Positions 1 through 16,325 of a DNA stretch of 64,000 bases are shown piece by piece. The notes beneath the pieces are model-generated. The model was not told the origin of the DNA and ran no database searches. It was given only the letters and a program-made list of their open reading frames with translations. The position numbers and the translations under genes are program-made. Source of the stretch: Nitrospirales bacterium (lineage in GTDB: Bacteria; Nitrospirota; Nitrospiria; Nitrospirales; UBA8639). Location: contig CBDBCZ010000005.1 in NCBI GenBank assembly GCA_965203295.1, positions 1-64,000 of the forward strand, given 5' to 3'. Each line of letters begins with the position of its first letter. The stretch's first letter is position 1.

Positions 1-1107
1 GTGAAGAACTAAATAATGATCTTCAAAAGGTAAATGTGTAAAAATTTAACTGTCAATTATTGGAGTATGGAAAAAAAGGATGTTTAAATCATATGTAGTA
101 TTCAGAATCACTTCGATGCACACTTAGTAATACATTTAATATGCTTTCAACACTTGATATGCTGTGATTCACTCTCACTTGCTGTCAGTGAGTATGTTTT
201 GAGCTTGTGAAGTACAGTAGAACAGTAATGCAATTTCACCGGTTTCCAAAGCTATACTTCCATCTGCTGCGGTGTATATGTGTGGGTGTTCAAACTTACG
301 TAACAATGGATGTTAGATTTATGCACTGCATGTGCACTGTCCTCAAATTGTTATTAAAGTACATGACTGACATATTTTTAATACGTACAAGACATGATTT
401 TGCGAATTATAAGCTGATATTCAGCTTCCTGTTCTTAAGAGATTAAAACAAAGCCAAGCTAATGAAGAGAAGCTCAGCGCTAATGAATGAAAGAGGAAAT
501 CTGAACTTACCAAGAAGAGAAAAGACGATGCTACTGCTAAACAGGTAAGTAGTATTAAATTGAAACCACATGGCTGTTTTGTAGGTTTATCGTTCATGTA
601 TGTAACACTGTCAAGCTCTCATCTTCTCATTAGGTTGACAGCTTAAATCACAAGATTTTTTAGAAGACCAAGTTTCTGAAGCAAAAGTGAGAGAGAGTAA
701 CCGTACTTGATAATGCGAAACATAAAGGTACACATGCGAATATCCTTTTGTAAAATACTCTAATGTACTAGGCCGGGTTACGTATATCATATAACATTGA
801 TCGGTCGTTGGATAACAGTATGAATATGTACTCACCAACTGCTTTCAGGCTATGTTTGTCCATTACGAGGTGAGAAACATGTTGACCTTCAGTGATAATA
901 GAATGAAGAAATATACTGTATGACAGCTTTTCAATCTCATTAATCACTACTGAGAGCCACAGTCATGCCCAATGCTACATGGTGTGAGATTATATCGCAG
1001 GCTGGCTGCTTGAGAATAACTTGTTTATGCTATGCATATGTCATTGTGTATGGGTGCCGGTGTTATGTATACCCCTGTCGCGTGTGTATGCCTCTTGTGC
1101 ATACAGA

Positions 1108-1270
1108 TGTCCACTTTATGTGAGCAGCTGGTTACCCTAGCCTCCAACGGGCTGTCTCAGAGCACTGACATCAGCCCTGAAGCAGCTACTAGTGCTGTGA
1201 CAAAACACTGGTGGAGGAGAACACACATCTGAAAGAGGACATTGAAAGAGTGACTCAACAACTGGAGCAG
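1108..1270 (+). pseudogene. Orphan coiled-coil exon fragment, frameshifted
   Basis: cag acceptor, then MSTLCEQLVTLASNGLSQSTDISPEAATSAVTK; after a frame change LVEENTHLKEDIERVTQQLEQ, ending cag|gt. Parent gene not recognised. Confidence 0.35.
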
Positions 1271-2099
1271 GTTTGACTCTTGCCACATGGAGTTGTGTGT
1301 TTCTTGATGCTACTCCAGTAATCTACATTTCCATACACCATGTACGCAGAAAAACAGTGTACATATTTATTGTATACATATATACCTACATCATTTATTC
1401 ATTTCTGGAGCACTGTGTTCTGCAAAAAATCAGTAACACACTGTATAAGTGTATAAGTACGGCAAAGAAGCAGAGGTGCAGGTGTATACGCAGGAAATAT
1501 GGTTAAGAATCATTGCTGTTGTTGCTGGTGGTAATAGAAATACTCCCTGCATAAACAAACTGATTCATGTAGCATCATCGAACACACTTTGGGAAGTAAA
1601 GGTTCCATACACTGCTATAAGGGCAACAATGGCCTTGTACAGCGAAGGCAACTCAGCCAACAGTTCCTTCTCCACGACAAGGAAGGACTGCATGTCCATG
1701 CACTGCCAAACTGAATCAGGTACGGTGTTGAAATGCCACCTGATATCTTGGTATCGAGATCTTCACTATCCTGGTTAAAGGAGAATTAAAAGCAACATGT
1801 ATTATGTTTTCGACATTGCCTATCCCACACCATGTATGAACACACTTTCTTTTATGGAACGCTTCCTGCTTGGAATAACAAATGGGACAAAGTTCATCAA
1901 AACACTTGTTGGCACCATTAGTGATATTGACAAATGTTACTTTGTACCATTTATTTACCTGCCACCCGTTTGTATCTTTAGTTTGAAACACTTTAGTTAA
2001 CATGTAAATGCACTGTACGCATTCTTTTGTAGTTCTAATGTATACTTGCCGTACAGGTGTTGCTACAGCATTAGTTTTGGAACCACCCTAGCATTCATT

Positions 2100-5000
2100 C
2101 TGCTACTTTAAGTCAAGAAACACGGCCTTAATACTAAAACTCAAGACTAACAATGAGTAGAATATCTCCCCAAATTCAAACACAATGATTAAGCATATAA
2201 AGATATTGAAAATGTAGACGAGTGTCTATGTTGTCGAAAACGCTTACAATGACCAGAAACATTCCCAAAATTATACTAACAATAATTATAAAGGTCACAA
2301 AATGCAGTGTATACAATTTGTCAGAAACGTTCACAACGAGCACAAACGTCCCCGAAATTCAAGCACAGCGATTGAGCATAATATTGATGTTAAGTACAAG
2401 TGTTACAGTATCTATTTTGTCACAAACGCTTACAAAGTAACAGACCTACCAGCTATCACATGTTAGTCATAGAACAAAGATAGCCATTGTTGTAATTGTT
2501 ACAAAATATTAGAGTCAGACTTGTACCCAGAGACACCATTGTTTGGAAAACTGTATAAATAGTCCGTTGCATTTTGTGCATGTGAGTGATGTGATGTGTA
2601 TACGTGCTACACTGGATACTGGAGTTGAGTTCTATATTATACTGAAGTTGAGTTTTGCGAAGAACCCGGCCCGCGACAAATGGGGGAGAAATATCGAGCT
2701 GTTGACAGCACAATTTGCCGAACTGCGGCAAAGCCGGAAGACGGCGTCAGACGCAGGAGAGTGCCCGTGCTCCAGAGAGCTAGAGGCATAACGCCGAGCC
2801 AGCCGGGAGAGCACAGAGACTGGAGACTACTGGAGTCCAGAGAAGCTCTCCGCCTCTCATCAAATGCCCTGAGGCTGTGTCTCGAGGTGAGCAATTAAGT
2901 ACACAGTCATCTCTGCAATTTGCGCATACTTTGAATAGTATTTACTCAATGGCATCTGCCACCGTTACCTGAATTCTCCCGAAAATCAAACACATACAAA
3001 GGCATTGGAGATGTAGTGCATGTGTTTGGTCATGATCAGAAACACTTACACAGAGCAGAAACGCGCCCAAAATTCAAACACAATGATTTTGCATATGCAT
3101 TATTACTAACTGACAGACAGATATACAGCCGAGATACGCTCCCAAAATTAAAACAATGATCAGCATAATTACAATACAAATGAAAATGCAGTGGTTATAC
3201 CTTGTATATCTTGTCAGAAGCGCTCACAATGAGCTGAAACGCTTCCAAAATTCGGCACAATGGTATAATGTATAATGGTATTGAAAATGCTGTATATGTA
3301 TGAACACAAACGCTCACAAAGAGCAGCAACTCACCCAAAAAATGATTTATATCAAGGTATTGAAAATGCAGTGTATATGTCTCGTCAGAAATTTTCAAAA
3401 GGAGCAGAAACGTGCCCGAATTTTAAACACAATGATTTGGCATATAAAAGTATTGAAAATGTAGGATATATCTCTTGTCAGAAACGTTACAAAGATCAGA
3501 AACTTTTCAAAAATTCAAACATAAGATACAAAGATATTGAAAATACGGTGCATGTGTATATCTTGTCAGAAACGCTTACAGAGAATAAAAACGTGCTCAA
3601 AATTCGAAAAACGATGACTTAGCATAACCTGGCATAGAAAATGCAGTGTATATTCTCATCAGAAACGCTCACAACGAGCTGAAACACCCCTAAAATTCAA
3701 ACACAATGTTTTAGTATAAACTAATGTATAAATATTCAGTTAAATAATTGAAAATGCACTTCATGTATCTTGTCAAAAATGTTCACAAAGTGCAGAAACG
3801 CTCCTGAAATCATTTTGGCTCTAATGGTAATAGTGAAAATGTAGTGCAAGTATCTAGTCGAAAAAGATTACTAATTTCTAAGAGCTAAACTGTTCCCAAA
3901 ATTCAAACACAATGATTTAGGATACAAAGCTACTGAAAGTGCAGCGGATATATCTGGTCAGAAACGCTTACAAAGAGCAAAAACGCTCCCGAACTTCAAA
4001 CACTATGATTTAGCATATAATGGCATTAAAAATGCAATGTATATATCTTGTCAGAAACGATCTCGAAATTCCAACATAGCGAAATTGCAATTAAAGGAAT
4101 TGAAAATGCAGTGCATGTACCTTGAATGTTTTAAAGGATTACAAAGAGCAGAATGCTTTCGAAATTCAAAAACAATCATTTAGCACATAAAGAAATTGAA
4201 AATGCTGTGTATATATCTTGCATAAACGGTCACGAAGACTACAAACTTTCTGAAGTTCAAGCTCAATGATTTCGCATATAAAAGACGGTGTATATATATA
4301 TTGTCAGTAATGCTTACTAAGAGCAGAAATGCTCCCGAATTTTGAACACAATGAATTTGCATACAAAACTTTTGAAAATGCAGCATGCATGTGTCTTGTC
4401 ATGAACGCTTACAAATAGCAGAAATGCTCCCAATTTTAAATACAATGGTTGTAGCCTATGTAATTATTGAAAATGCAGTCGTCAGAAACGCTCACAATGA
4501 GCAGAAACCTTCCCGAAATGTAAGTACAATGACACAGCATAAAACGCATGCATTCGAAATGCAGTTTATATGTCCTATCATAAACGCTTACAAATAGTAG
4601 AAGCTTTCCGAAAGGTTCAAAATGAGCAGAAACGTGCCCGAATTCCAAACACATTAATTTAGCCTATAAAAGTATTGAAATGCAGTTTATGTATGTTGTC
4701 ACAAACGCTAACATAGAGCAGGAACGCTCCCGAAATTCAAACACAATAGTTAGCATATAATGGCATTGAAAATGCAGTATTAATACCTTGTCAGAATCGC
4801 TTACGGAGAGCAGAAATGCTCCCGATATATAACCACAATCATTTAGCATATAATAATGTAAGTGTATTGAAGATTCGGTGGACATTATAATATTTATGTC
4901 AGAAACATTGAAAACGAGTAGCAACGTGACTGAATTTCAAACCATATAAGGGTATTTAAAATGCAGTGTACGTAACTTGTCAGAAGCGTTCATAACGAGT

Positions 5001-5678
5001 AGAAACGTCCCAAAAATTCAAACACAATGATTGAGCATATAATGCTATTGCTAATGCAGTGTATATATGTTGTCACAAACGCTTACAAAGAGCAGCAACG
5101 CTCCCAAAATTCAAACACAATGATATAGAGTAAGGCATTGAAAATGTAGTGCATGTGTTTTGTCAGAAATGCTTACGAAGAGCAGAAACGTTCCCGAAAT
5201 TTAAAACACAATGCTTCAGCATGATATAATTGTAGTGAAATGCTGTGTATAGTCTTGTTAGAAACGCTTGAAATGAGCAGAAACGTTCCCAAAGTATAAA
5301 CGCAATGATTTAGCATACAAGGGTATTGAAAATAAAGTGTATATATCTCGACAGAAACATGCACAATGAGCAGAAACGTTCCCGAAATTAAAATGCAAAG
5401 ATTTAGGATAAAATGGTATAAAATGCAGTGTGTTTGTCCTGCCAAAAACGCTGACAAAGAGCGAAACTTTCCCCAAAGTCAAACACAGTAATTTTGCCTA
5501 TAATGGTTTTTAAAATGCAGTGCATGTATTGCATCAGAAAGTTTTATAAGAGGTACGATCATTCCCAAAATTGAAACTCAAATATTAGGATATGAAACAA
5601 GTATTAGAAGTATGCTGGTTATGTCTCTTATCAGAAGCTCTGAAAAGATGAAACGCTCCCAAATTCAAACGCGTCTAC
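2100..5678 (+). repeat. ~93-bp diverged tandem satellite, block 1
   Basis: Recurrent unit ttgaaaatgcagtgtatatatcttgtcagaaacgcttacaaagagcagaaacgctcccgaaattcaaacacaatgatttagcatataaaggta; successive ttgaaaatg near 3360 and 3453. Interrupted by an LTR fragment at ~2590-2900. Confidence 0.9.
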
Positions 5679-6594
5679 GTAAGTTCATCATACAACACAG
5701 AAAAATTTCTCTCCCTTCTCTTCGTATGCGATGTTGTGTGTATGGGCATGTACGTGTGTCTAACTTACTGTGTAAAACACATGTACATGATTGTCCATAT
5801 ACACTAACACAGAATGTATTAAAAAGGTGATTAATTCATTCAAAAACTGTATATAAATATGTACAGTTGCTGTCAGATTGCAAACTATTTGTAGGTATAT
5901 ATCATTTAAATGTCAAGTGTATTATTTATAGCTATTTTCTTCACAGGTTCCCAGAATAGCAAAAGCTCATACACTAACCCCTGGGAAGATGCTGTCCCTG
6001 TTCAAGGACAATGTTTGACAGGTGCATTAACTTGTAGGCCTTGTCTGCTATTGGATATGACCTTAACTGGGAATCTTGGCACATGTTTTGCAGTTTCTTG
6101 TGGAGGTACTACATCAAAAGAAGGGTTTCATTTTGATGGCAGACAAAAAAGAACCATTCTATCAGGTGCTTGTGTAGACCTATGAAGACTTCCGCATGTT
6201 GTGAAATGCTGAGTTTCCTTGCAAGGTCTTGCAATGTTCTAACATAGCTTTCTTGCAGAATTTTGTAAGTTATCTAGCAGACTTCTTGCAGGACTCACAA
6301 GGATTTTGGCGGCTTTCTTGCATGATCTTGCATTTTATTTCTTGCAAGCCCTTGCAAAACTTCTCATCATGCAACAAAAATCTTGCAAGGTGTTAGAATC
6401 TTGTGTTAAAATTTGCGTGACTCATAGAAAAAGCCTGCAAGATCTGGTGCAAGAACCTTGCAAGACATTCATCAGCTTCCTTATATATTGACTCCAGTTG
6501 CCCTGGATAATAATAGATAATTATGTATATAATACGTATTTCTGTCTTATATGATTTCTGTATTATAAGCTTGCTATTGTTTGGTGCTTTCTAT

Positions 6595-6800
6595 GTGACC
6601 ATTATCCAGTGTTGTGAGCATTTTCTGATAGTTGTGAGCATTTTCTGGAGTTGTGAGCATTTTCTGGAGTTGTGAGCATTTTCTGATATAGCTAGTTGTG
6701 AGCAATATCCAGTGTTGTGAGTACTTTTAGGGGTTATGAGCAATATCCAGTGTTGTGAGCAATTTCTGGAGTTGTGAGCATTTTGTGGAGCTGTGACCAT
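6595..6800. repeat. ~19-20-bp minisatellite (gttgtgagcattttctgga)
   Basis: Tandem copies directly visible. Confidence 0.85.
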
Positions 6801-7212
6801 TGTCGTAATGGGCTGCAGAAAGATCTCAACATTGCATCCAGATTTGAAGGTGTTGCAGATGTGTGTATATGTTTATGTGGGTGTACATAATTGTACTCGC
6901 AACACCTACATAAATACTTCTAGTTTTAGCTGCGCTGACACATGTTACTGTGCTGTGGTTTGGACACAAACTTGTGGTAGTCGGCTAAGCTACCAAAACC
7001 CACCAAATTCAATCTTTGGCCAGTTGTTTTGTAATAATTTGCTGTGGGGCATACCCCATAATTCCCCTATAGAAGGATGGGAACTATTCTAAAAAGGATT
7101 CCCCATGGCGCGATGACGCTGTTACTATACCACACATGACTATGTAATCTTTATACGTAAAGTACAATAACGTCATGATTTTAAGAGTACGGTGTTCTTT
7201 GTTTCCCTCTAG

Positions 7213-8501
7213 TGTGGAGCTGGAATCCTTGGGTCCCTTGTTTGGTCAGATAGTGGTTACACTCTCTCCTTTTGCTGATCACCACTCAGCAACTGTATCA
7301 GAAATCTTTGATTTTCTTATAATTCAGAACAAGTGAGTACTTGATATTTGAGGAACTTCACCAAAAATACCACTAGATAAAATGCCATGTATGTGTTTCA
7401 GTATTTGCTGTTTTAATTTTTTCAGAGAGGTTCTTGGGTCTTTCTTTGATGAGATCTACTTCATGCCAGATGTGCTGTCTCTTGCTTGCATCAACACTGA
7501 GCTTAGGAAACACTCGTATATATCAAAAAGGTATCTTGTTCCAGGACAGAAGTGTTCATGTGAATGGGATGTCATAGGTAGGAGCAGGAAATGAGGTCAC
7601 GGATTGTTATTCACACTAGTGTGTTCAATTGAGAATTTCTCAGTGCATACATACGTGTGTACATATGTGTGTGTACATATGTTTATGCATGCGTGCGGCC
7701 CACATGCTACATATTGTTTGGATCCATGATTCAATACAACATTTCAGTTCACATATGACATATCCATGATCCAATTCAACTTTTGAAACTTTTACAAGGC
7801 TACGCAATGCTTTGCATTCACTTGGTTTGTACAGCTGTTAATTATACATCAATTCTAATTGGAGGTTTGTACATGAAAGCTAGAAGGAACAGTGTAATGG
7901 AGCTTAGTAAGCTGCTGTTGATATATACCACTACTACTATTTGCACTAGAACCCATAATATTGTAGGAGCATGCGCTGAATGAGTTGGCTGGACTTAAGT
8001 CGTGCATTAACCCATATAGTTGCTACTATCCTTTTCCAGCCTTCACCAGCAACTACAACATGTCCTAAGAGGAGCATGCCATGGGCGTTCTGATGTGAGA
8101 ATGGATGCATTGAAAGCACTACACAGACTGTTGAGATCCAATCGAGTTAGTGCAGTATTTAGTTATTTGTATTATTATCAATATATGAACTGTACATACA
8201 GTGCATGTTCATGTAAGCTTTAAAACAATATCTGCTCTGTTTATACAGGCAGAGTTGGAGAAGTGCATGGTAGGAAGTGACACCGTTGATCCAATCATTA
8301 CAGAGATTGTAACAAGAGTAAGTTGATTTCGCTTCATGAAGAAGAGAAATTATGTCTATCTGACATAGTCCATACTCAAGGTTTTGTTCTTAAAATTACT
8401 GCTTTGTCCTCAGTTTCTAAAGGTCTGTGAGCCACTAGTATTGAGCTTCGAGAAGAGTTTGGGAGGTGTTAAGAAGAACTTGGAGCTGTTGGTCCTGGAA
8501 A
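7213..8501 (+). pseudogene. ATR: Five-exon internal fragment of ATR kinase (UME/HEAT region)
   Basis: GT-AG exons 7213-7332, 7426-7530, 8040-8145 and 8249-8317 join in phase; exon 8414-8501 follows. Translation ...LGPLFGQIVVTLSPFADHHSATVSEIFDFLIIQNKEVLGSFFDEIYFMPD...LHQQLQHVLRGACHGRSDVRMDALKAL...SDTVDPIITEIV...ELGAVGPG resembles ATR (FHYLIIENR..FLHEIYFLPD..HENVDVRIHAL..SETVEPIISQLV..ELGAIDPG, recalled). Last exon has a frameshift and two stops; no flanking ATR exons seen. Confidence 0.85.
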
Positions 8502-9765
8502 GTATGTGCTGGTATACCACACTTTTGTCATACAATTCTGTATGCTAGGTCAGCGTTGTACTAACTTGCAACAGTCCGAGGAGTAGCATTCACACCCAAT
8601 ACTGTCCTATTCTTGAACTAACCGGAGACGTAATTTCTCTGACCATATTTAGATTAGTATTATATCACATTTATGTGGGTGGGTATGTTTTCGGATTATG
8701 TACTTGCGAGCATCCTGTTAACTACCTGCCCCTTACTTGCTTTTGCTTGTGTGCTTGCTGTACTTCCCCAGGCTGGATATTCATTCCCATGGTGTCAACT
8801 TCGAAGACTGTGAAGTACTTTGAGGTATACATCTTGCTTACTGGTGATTTCTATTAGCCTCGTACTCAGCTATTAAATTTAGGCAGAAGGGCTTGATGCG
8901 AGGTTTAGCTGAGTACAGTGGTGCTGTGGAGGTCTGGGTTAGTTTGTAGTGTGGGGTGTTGTGTTCTGTGAAGTATGTATTCGTTGTGGATGAGGATGTG
9001 AGGGTGGTTGTGGGATGGTGAGTGGTGGTGATGATTGTGGATGGTGGTGTGTGTTGAAGGATGTTGTGTAAGGGGGTGTGGTACGGTTTGTGGTGGGAGT
9101 GGTTGGAAAGATGTAGGGATAGTAGGTACGCGGTAAATGCATCACACTGTGATATGTGCGTAGTCTGTGCATGCCTTCTGGTGCTTGTTTTGTTGTTTTT
9201 TGGGGAAGTGTAAAGGTATGTCATGTGTACTCTCATTGATGAGTGAACTAATGTCCTTGCAGTTACTGTGATCTGAGGACTGTTCAACAGCATGTGTACG
9301 CTGTGCTATAAATATATGTACCAAGCAAGACAACGTCGAAGCTTTGGAGTTATTTGTTCATGTATTGATTATTATCACGTGCATATCAGTCTCTTGGTAT
9401 CATTGCACATCTATGATTATACCAGGCTGAGATCGTTTCTTTAATGTGGGATCCAGATGCAATGATGCTACTGCAACAATTATACTGTAATGGTCATTGT
9501 AGCTACTTGTCACTCAGACTCCCCTACATTGCCCTGCATTTGCTAGCACTTTGCCAAAAAGTGCAAAAACTAGTCATGTGGGGATGCACTTCCACCAAAA
9601 AACGCTTCCCCAAAAACCAATGAAACAAGCAGCAATGCACACCACAATACATGCACATACACCCGCACATCACAGTGCAATGCGTAGCTACCATCCCTGC
9701 CTGCTTTATCTGTAACTTGTTTTGGGGCATTTTTTGGGAGGTGGCAACAAATGTGTGTGACCAGC

Positions 9766-11215
<1,450 letters not shown>

Positions 11216-12342
11216 GTTATAGTTTGTACCATTTATTTACCTGCCACCCGGCTTAGTCCTTTTGTATCTTTAGTTTGAAACACTAGTTAACATGTAAAGG
11301 CACTGCATGTACACATTCTTTTGTAATTGTAATGTATAGCTACTTGCTGTACAGGTGTTGCTATAGCATTAGTTTTGGAACCACCCTAGCATTCATAAAT
11401 TCAAACACAATGACGTAGCATAAAAAGGCATTGAAAATCCGGTGCATGCGTCTTGTCAGAAACGCTTACAAAGAGCAGAAACACTCTCAAAATTTAAACA
11501 CAATGATTTAGCATGTAAAGGGTAACTAACAGACAGTAAATGATGTCGAGAAACACGGGATTAATACTAAAACTCAAGACTAACAATGAATAGAATATCT
11601 CCCCAAATTCAAACACAATGATTAAGCATATAAAGATATTGAAAACAATGACCAGAAACATTCCCGAAATTCAAATACTACAATGATTTAACAGAATCAC
11701 AAAGGTCGGATTGGTTCTTTGGGTGCATGGTAACCGACGCTTAGCTAGTAGCTACAGTACTACAGTATATATCGCTCTGTGCGGTTCTCCGACTCGTCTT
11801 GGTTTACCCGAGTGGACGGAATGCTGTAAGCAAAACAGTCGCTTCGCGTCCCTTCTAACAGACGATAAGGCTGAGAACTGTCGCCGGCTACACGTGGCGG
11901 AATTGGCGTAATAGGCGTAATAAGCACCGCCCCCACGACCCTGCTCCTCCCTCTACTTTAGCTACTCTCATCGGGAGACGCCCTCTTATTGAACAAGTGG
12001 CTCTCGCGCTATGCTAGTGACTGCATGCATGTATAGAAGTGCTGTATGTTATATATTACCCTGAGGGCTGGAGTATATGAAACATGATCTACAACTTCCT
12101 GTCAGTATATGGAATTTATTACCCATCTGTTACTATAGAAACAAGGGTGAAATGGAGAATATAGTATCTATTTTGTCACAAACGCTTACAAAGTAACATA
12201 CCTACCATGTTAGTCATAGATCAAAGATAGCCATTGTTGTAATTATTACAAAATATTAGAGTCAGACTTGTACACAGAGACACCATTGTTTGGCAAACTG
12301 TAGCTATAAATAGTCCGTTGCATTTTGTGCATGTGAGTGTAC

Positions 12343-13222
12343 TGTGATGTGATGTGTATACGTGCTACACTGGATACTGGAGTTGAGTTCTATATTATAC
12401 TGAAGTTGAGTTTTGCGAAGAACCCGCGGCCCGCGACAAATGGGGGGCTTGTCGTGAGGAGCGTCGATCGAGAAGGCACGCTCGAGTTGGGCCCAGACTG
12501 CATGCGAGATGGCAACGAGACAGGGCCACTTTCTGAGACAGCAGGTAGAAAAGAGCTGGTTCGACACCAGAAGGCCGGGGCGAGTCCCGAGGAAAAGGTA
12601 GCGCGAAAGGAGATAATGGAGCAATGGCAGCACGAGGCACAGGCGGCCAAAGCGGAGCTAGAGACGGTCCGCCGACAAGAAGGCGATACAGCCGAGCGCC
12701 TGCATCAGTGCGGGGAGGAGAAACAGATGGCCGAAAGGAACGCAGAACGATTAACAATGCAGCTCGATCAGTGCAATGCGGAGATTGAAGCAGATTGTCG
12801 AAAGAAATATCGAGCTGTTGACAGCACAATTTGCCGAACTGCGGCAGGGCCGGAAGACGGCTGACGAACGGGCTGCGATAAGGAGGAGGAGGTGCGGAGA
12901 TTAGCGAGTGGGCTTTCTCGCCAGAAAGAAGAAGCGGACTACAGCATTACAGAGTCCTGGCTGTGCAGCAAGAGAAATGGGAGGTTCGAGAGAAGCACCT
13001 CGAACAGCAGTTGCAGGCTAGGAAACCATGGCAAGAGGAGAGCGCCTCGAGGCCGCGTTGCAGGAGTGCATGCGTCAGACGCAGGAAAGTGCCAGTACTC
13101 TAGAGAGGCATAATGCCGAGCCAGCCGGGAGAGCACAGAGACTAGAGACTACTGGAGTCCAGAGGCGCTCTCCGCCTCTCATGAAATGCCCTGAGGCTGT
13201 GTCTCGAGGTGAGCAATTAAGT
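12343..13222 (+). mobile_element. 5' part of an LTR retrotransposon: short TG..CA LTR, tRNA-Pro-like PBS, degraded coiled-coil gag-like ORF
   Basis: tgtgatg...cgcgaca (12343-12438), then tggggggcttgtc (cf. Pro PBS TGGGGGCTCGTCC), then a GC-rich, frameshifted Q/E/R-rich ORF. Deleted copy at ~2590-2900. Confidence 0.6.
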
Positions 13223-15900
13223 ATGCGTTTGTGACCATATACATACAGCATTTTCAATACCATTATACATTATACCATTGTGCCTGAAGTTTGGAAGCGT
13301 TCCAGCTCGTTGTGAGCGTTTCTGACAAGATGTACACTCTGTATTTTCATATCTTTTTGTGCTAAATCATTGTGTTCATATTTTGGGAGCGTTTCTGCTC
13401 GTTTATGACAAGGCATATACACTGCATTGTAATTATGCTGATCATTGTTTGAATTTTGGGAGCGTTTCTGCTCTGTGTAAGTGTTTCTGATCATGACCAA
13501 ACACATGCACTACATCTCCAATGCCTTTGTATGTGTTTGATTTTCGGGAGAATTCAGGTAACGGTAGCAGATGCCATTGGGTAATACTATTCAAAGTATG
13601 CGCAAATTGCAGAGAAGACTAGCTCTAGCTACTCACAAAGAGCAGCAACTCACCCAAAAAATGATTTATATCAAGGTATTGAAAATGCAGTGTATATATC
13701 TTGTCAGAAATTTTCATAAGAAGCAGAAACGTACCCGAATTTTAAACACAATGATTTGGCATATAAAAGTATTGAAAATGTAGGATATATCACCTCAGAA
13801 ACGTTACAGAGATCAGAAACGTTTCGAAAATTCAAACACAATGACATAAGATATAAAGATATTGAAAATACGGTGTGTATATCTTGTCAGAAACGCTTAC
13901 AGAGAATAAAAACGCGCTCAATGTTCAAAAACGATGACTTAGCATATAGGCATAGAAAATGCAGTGTATATATCTCATCAGAAACGCTCACAACGAGCTG
14001 AAATGCCCCTAAAATTCAAACACAATGTTTTAGTATAAACTAAGGTATAAATATTCAGTTAAATTATTGAAAATGCACTTCATGTATCTTGTCAAAAATG
14101 TTCACAAAGTGCAGAAACGCTCCTGAAATCATTTTGGCTCTAATGGTATAGTGAAAATGTTGTGCAAGTATCTATAGTCGAAAAAGATTACAATTTCTAA
14201 GAGCTAAACTGTTCCCAAAATTCAAACACTATGATTTAGCATATAATGGCATTAAAAATGCAGTATATATATCTTGTCTGAAACGGCGCTCATAATGAGC
14301 AGAAACGATCTCGAAATTCCAACATAACGAAATTAAGGAATTAAAAATGCAGTGCATGTACCTTGAATATTATAAATGATTACAAAGAGCAGAACGCTTT
14401 TGAAATTCAAAAACAATCATTTAGCACATAAAGAAATTGAAAATGCTGTGTATATATCTTGTCATAAACGGTCATGAAGACTACAAACTTTCCGAAGTTT
14501 GAGCTCAATGATTTTGCATATAAAACTATTGAAAATGCAGTGCATGCATGTGTTTTGCTTACAAAGAGTAGAAATGCTCCCAATTTTCAAATACAATGGT
14601 TTAGCCTATGTAAGTATGAAAGTATTGAAAATGCAGTCGTCAGAAACGCTCACGATGAGCAGAAACCTTCCCAAAATATAAGTACAATGACATAGCATTA
14701 AAACGCATGCATTCAAAATGCAGTTTATATGTCCTGTCAGAAACGCTTACAAATAGTAAAAGCTTTCCCAAGTTCAAACACAATGAGTAAGGATATAAAG
14801 GTGTTGAATATGCAGTGTATATATCTTGTTTGAAAGGTTCAAAATGAGCAGAAACGTGCCCGAATTCCAAACACAGTGATTTAGACTATAAAAGTATTGA
14901 AAAAGCAGTTTATGTATGTTGTCACAAACGCTAACATAGAGCAGGAACGCTCCCGAAATTCAAACACAATAGTTATATAATGGCATTGAAAATGCAGTGT
15001 TAATACCTTTGGCAGAATCGCTTATGAAGAGCATAACTTCTCCCGATATATAACCACAATCATTTAGCATATATATAAAGGTATTGAAGATTCTGTGGAC
15101 ATTATAATCATGTCAGAAACGCTGAAAACGAGCAGCAACGTGACTGAATTTCAAACCATATATAAAGGTATTTAAAATGCAGTGTTACAGTACATATCTT
15201 GTCATAAACGTTCATATCGAGTAGAAACGTCCCAAAAATTCAAACACAGTGATTGAGCATATAATGCTATTGCTAATGCAGTGTATATATGTTGTCACAA
15301 ACGCTTACAAAGAGCAGCAACGCTCCCAAAATTCAAACACAATGATATAGAGTAAGGCATTGAAAATGTAGTGCATGTGTTTTGTCAGAAATGCTTACGA
15401 AGAGCAGAAACGTTCCCGAAATTTAGAACACAATGCTTTAGCATGATATAATTGGAGTGAAATGCAGTGTATAATAGTCTAGTTAGAAACGCTTGAAATG
15501 AGCAGAAATGTTCCCAAAGTATAAACGCAATGATTTAGCATACAAGGGTATTGACAATAAAGAGTATATATCTTGTCAGAAACGTGGAGAAACGTTCTCA
15601 AAATTAAAATGCAAAGATTTAGAATAAAATGGTATATATAAAATGCAATGTGTTTTTCCTGTCAAAAACGTTGACAAAGAGCAAAACTTTCCCCAAAGTC
15701 AAACACAGTAATTTTGCCTATAATGGCTTTTAAAATGCAGTGCATGTATTGTATCAGAAACTTTTATAAGAAGTACAATCATTCCCGAAATTGAAACTCA
15801 AATATTAGAATATGAAACAAGTATTGGAAGTGTGCTGGTTATGTCTCTTATCAGAAGCTCTGAAAAGATGAGAAACGCTCCCGAATTCAAACGCGTCTAC
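13223..15900 (+). repeat. ~93-bp satellite, block 2 (first ~400 bp inverted)
   Basis: Colinear unit by unit with 2900-5678; both blocks end in attcaaacgcgtctac. Confidence 0.9.
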
Positions 15901-16325
15901 TTTGTGGGTGAGAGTTGGTGAACACAGCCAGTAGTTGTAATTATGATCAAGCCCCGGCACAATTGCGACAAAATGTTTTTCAACGACTCCTTCAACCAGA
16001 GGAAAGCACGTCCTAGGAACGATAATAAACTTCTGCCAATTTCGACCTTGGCTTGCGCTTGAGCGGGTGTATCGTCTTCTTTGACGTGGACCGCTTCAGT
16101 CACTATGGTTTTTGATCTCTCAAAAGCTGTATCAATCAGTACGGTGATCATTCCATTTAAAGAAGCGACTTCTTCAGCCGTTAACCCTCTGTTCTCCCGT
16201 TTGGCTTTCTCTAAAATCGGTTGCGATTGAATCTGAATAGTTGTGGTGCAACGGTGCATCTCTTGTGAGACGCTTGCTGTTTGTGTCGCAACAGAGCCAG
16301 AAGGCCAGCTAGGTGGATCGTCCAT
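15897..16325 (-). pseudogene. Intronless helical protein of unknown family, 3'-truncated
   Basis: 142-aa ORF MDDPPSW...GLTAEEVASLNGM...KVEIGRSLLSFLGRAFLWLKESLKNILSQL; TATA-like ttatataa at ~16433; the 3' end runs into the satellite junction. Confidence 0.6.

Noticed and set aside
3195..5482. Many 60-115 aa ORFs in the satellite
   Set aside because: By-products of the 93-bp (31-codon) period with no consistent frame.
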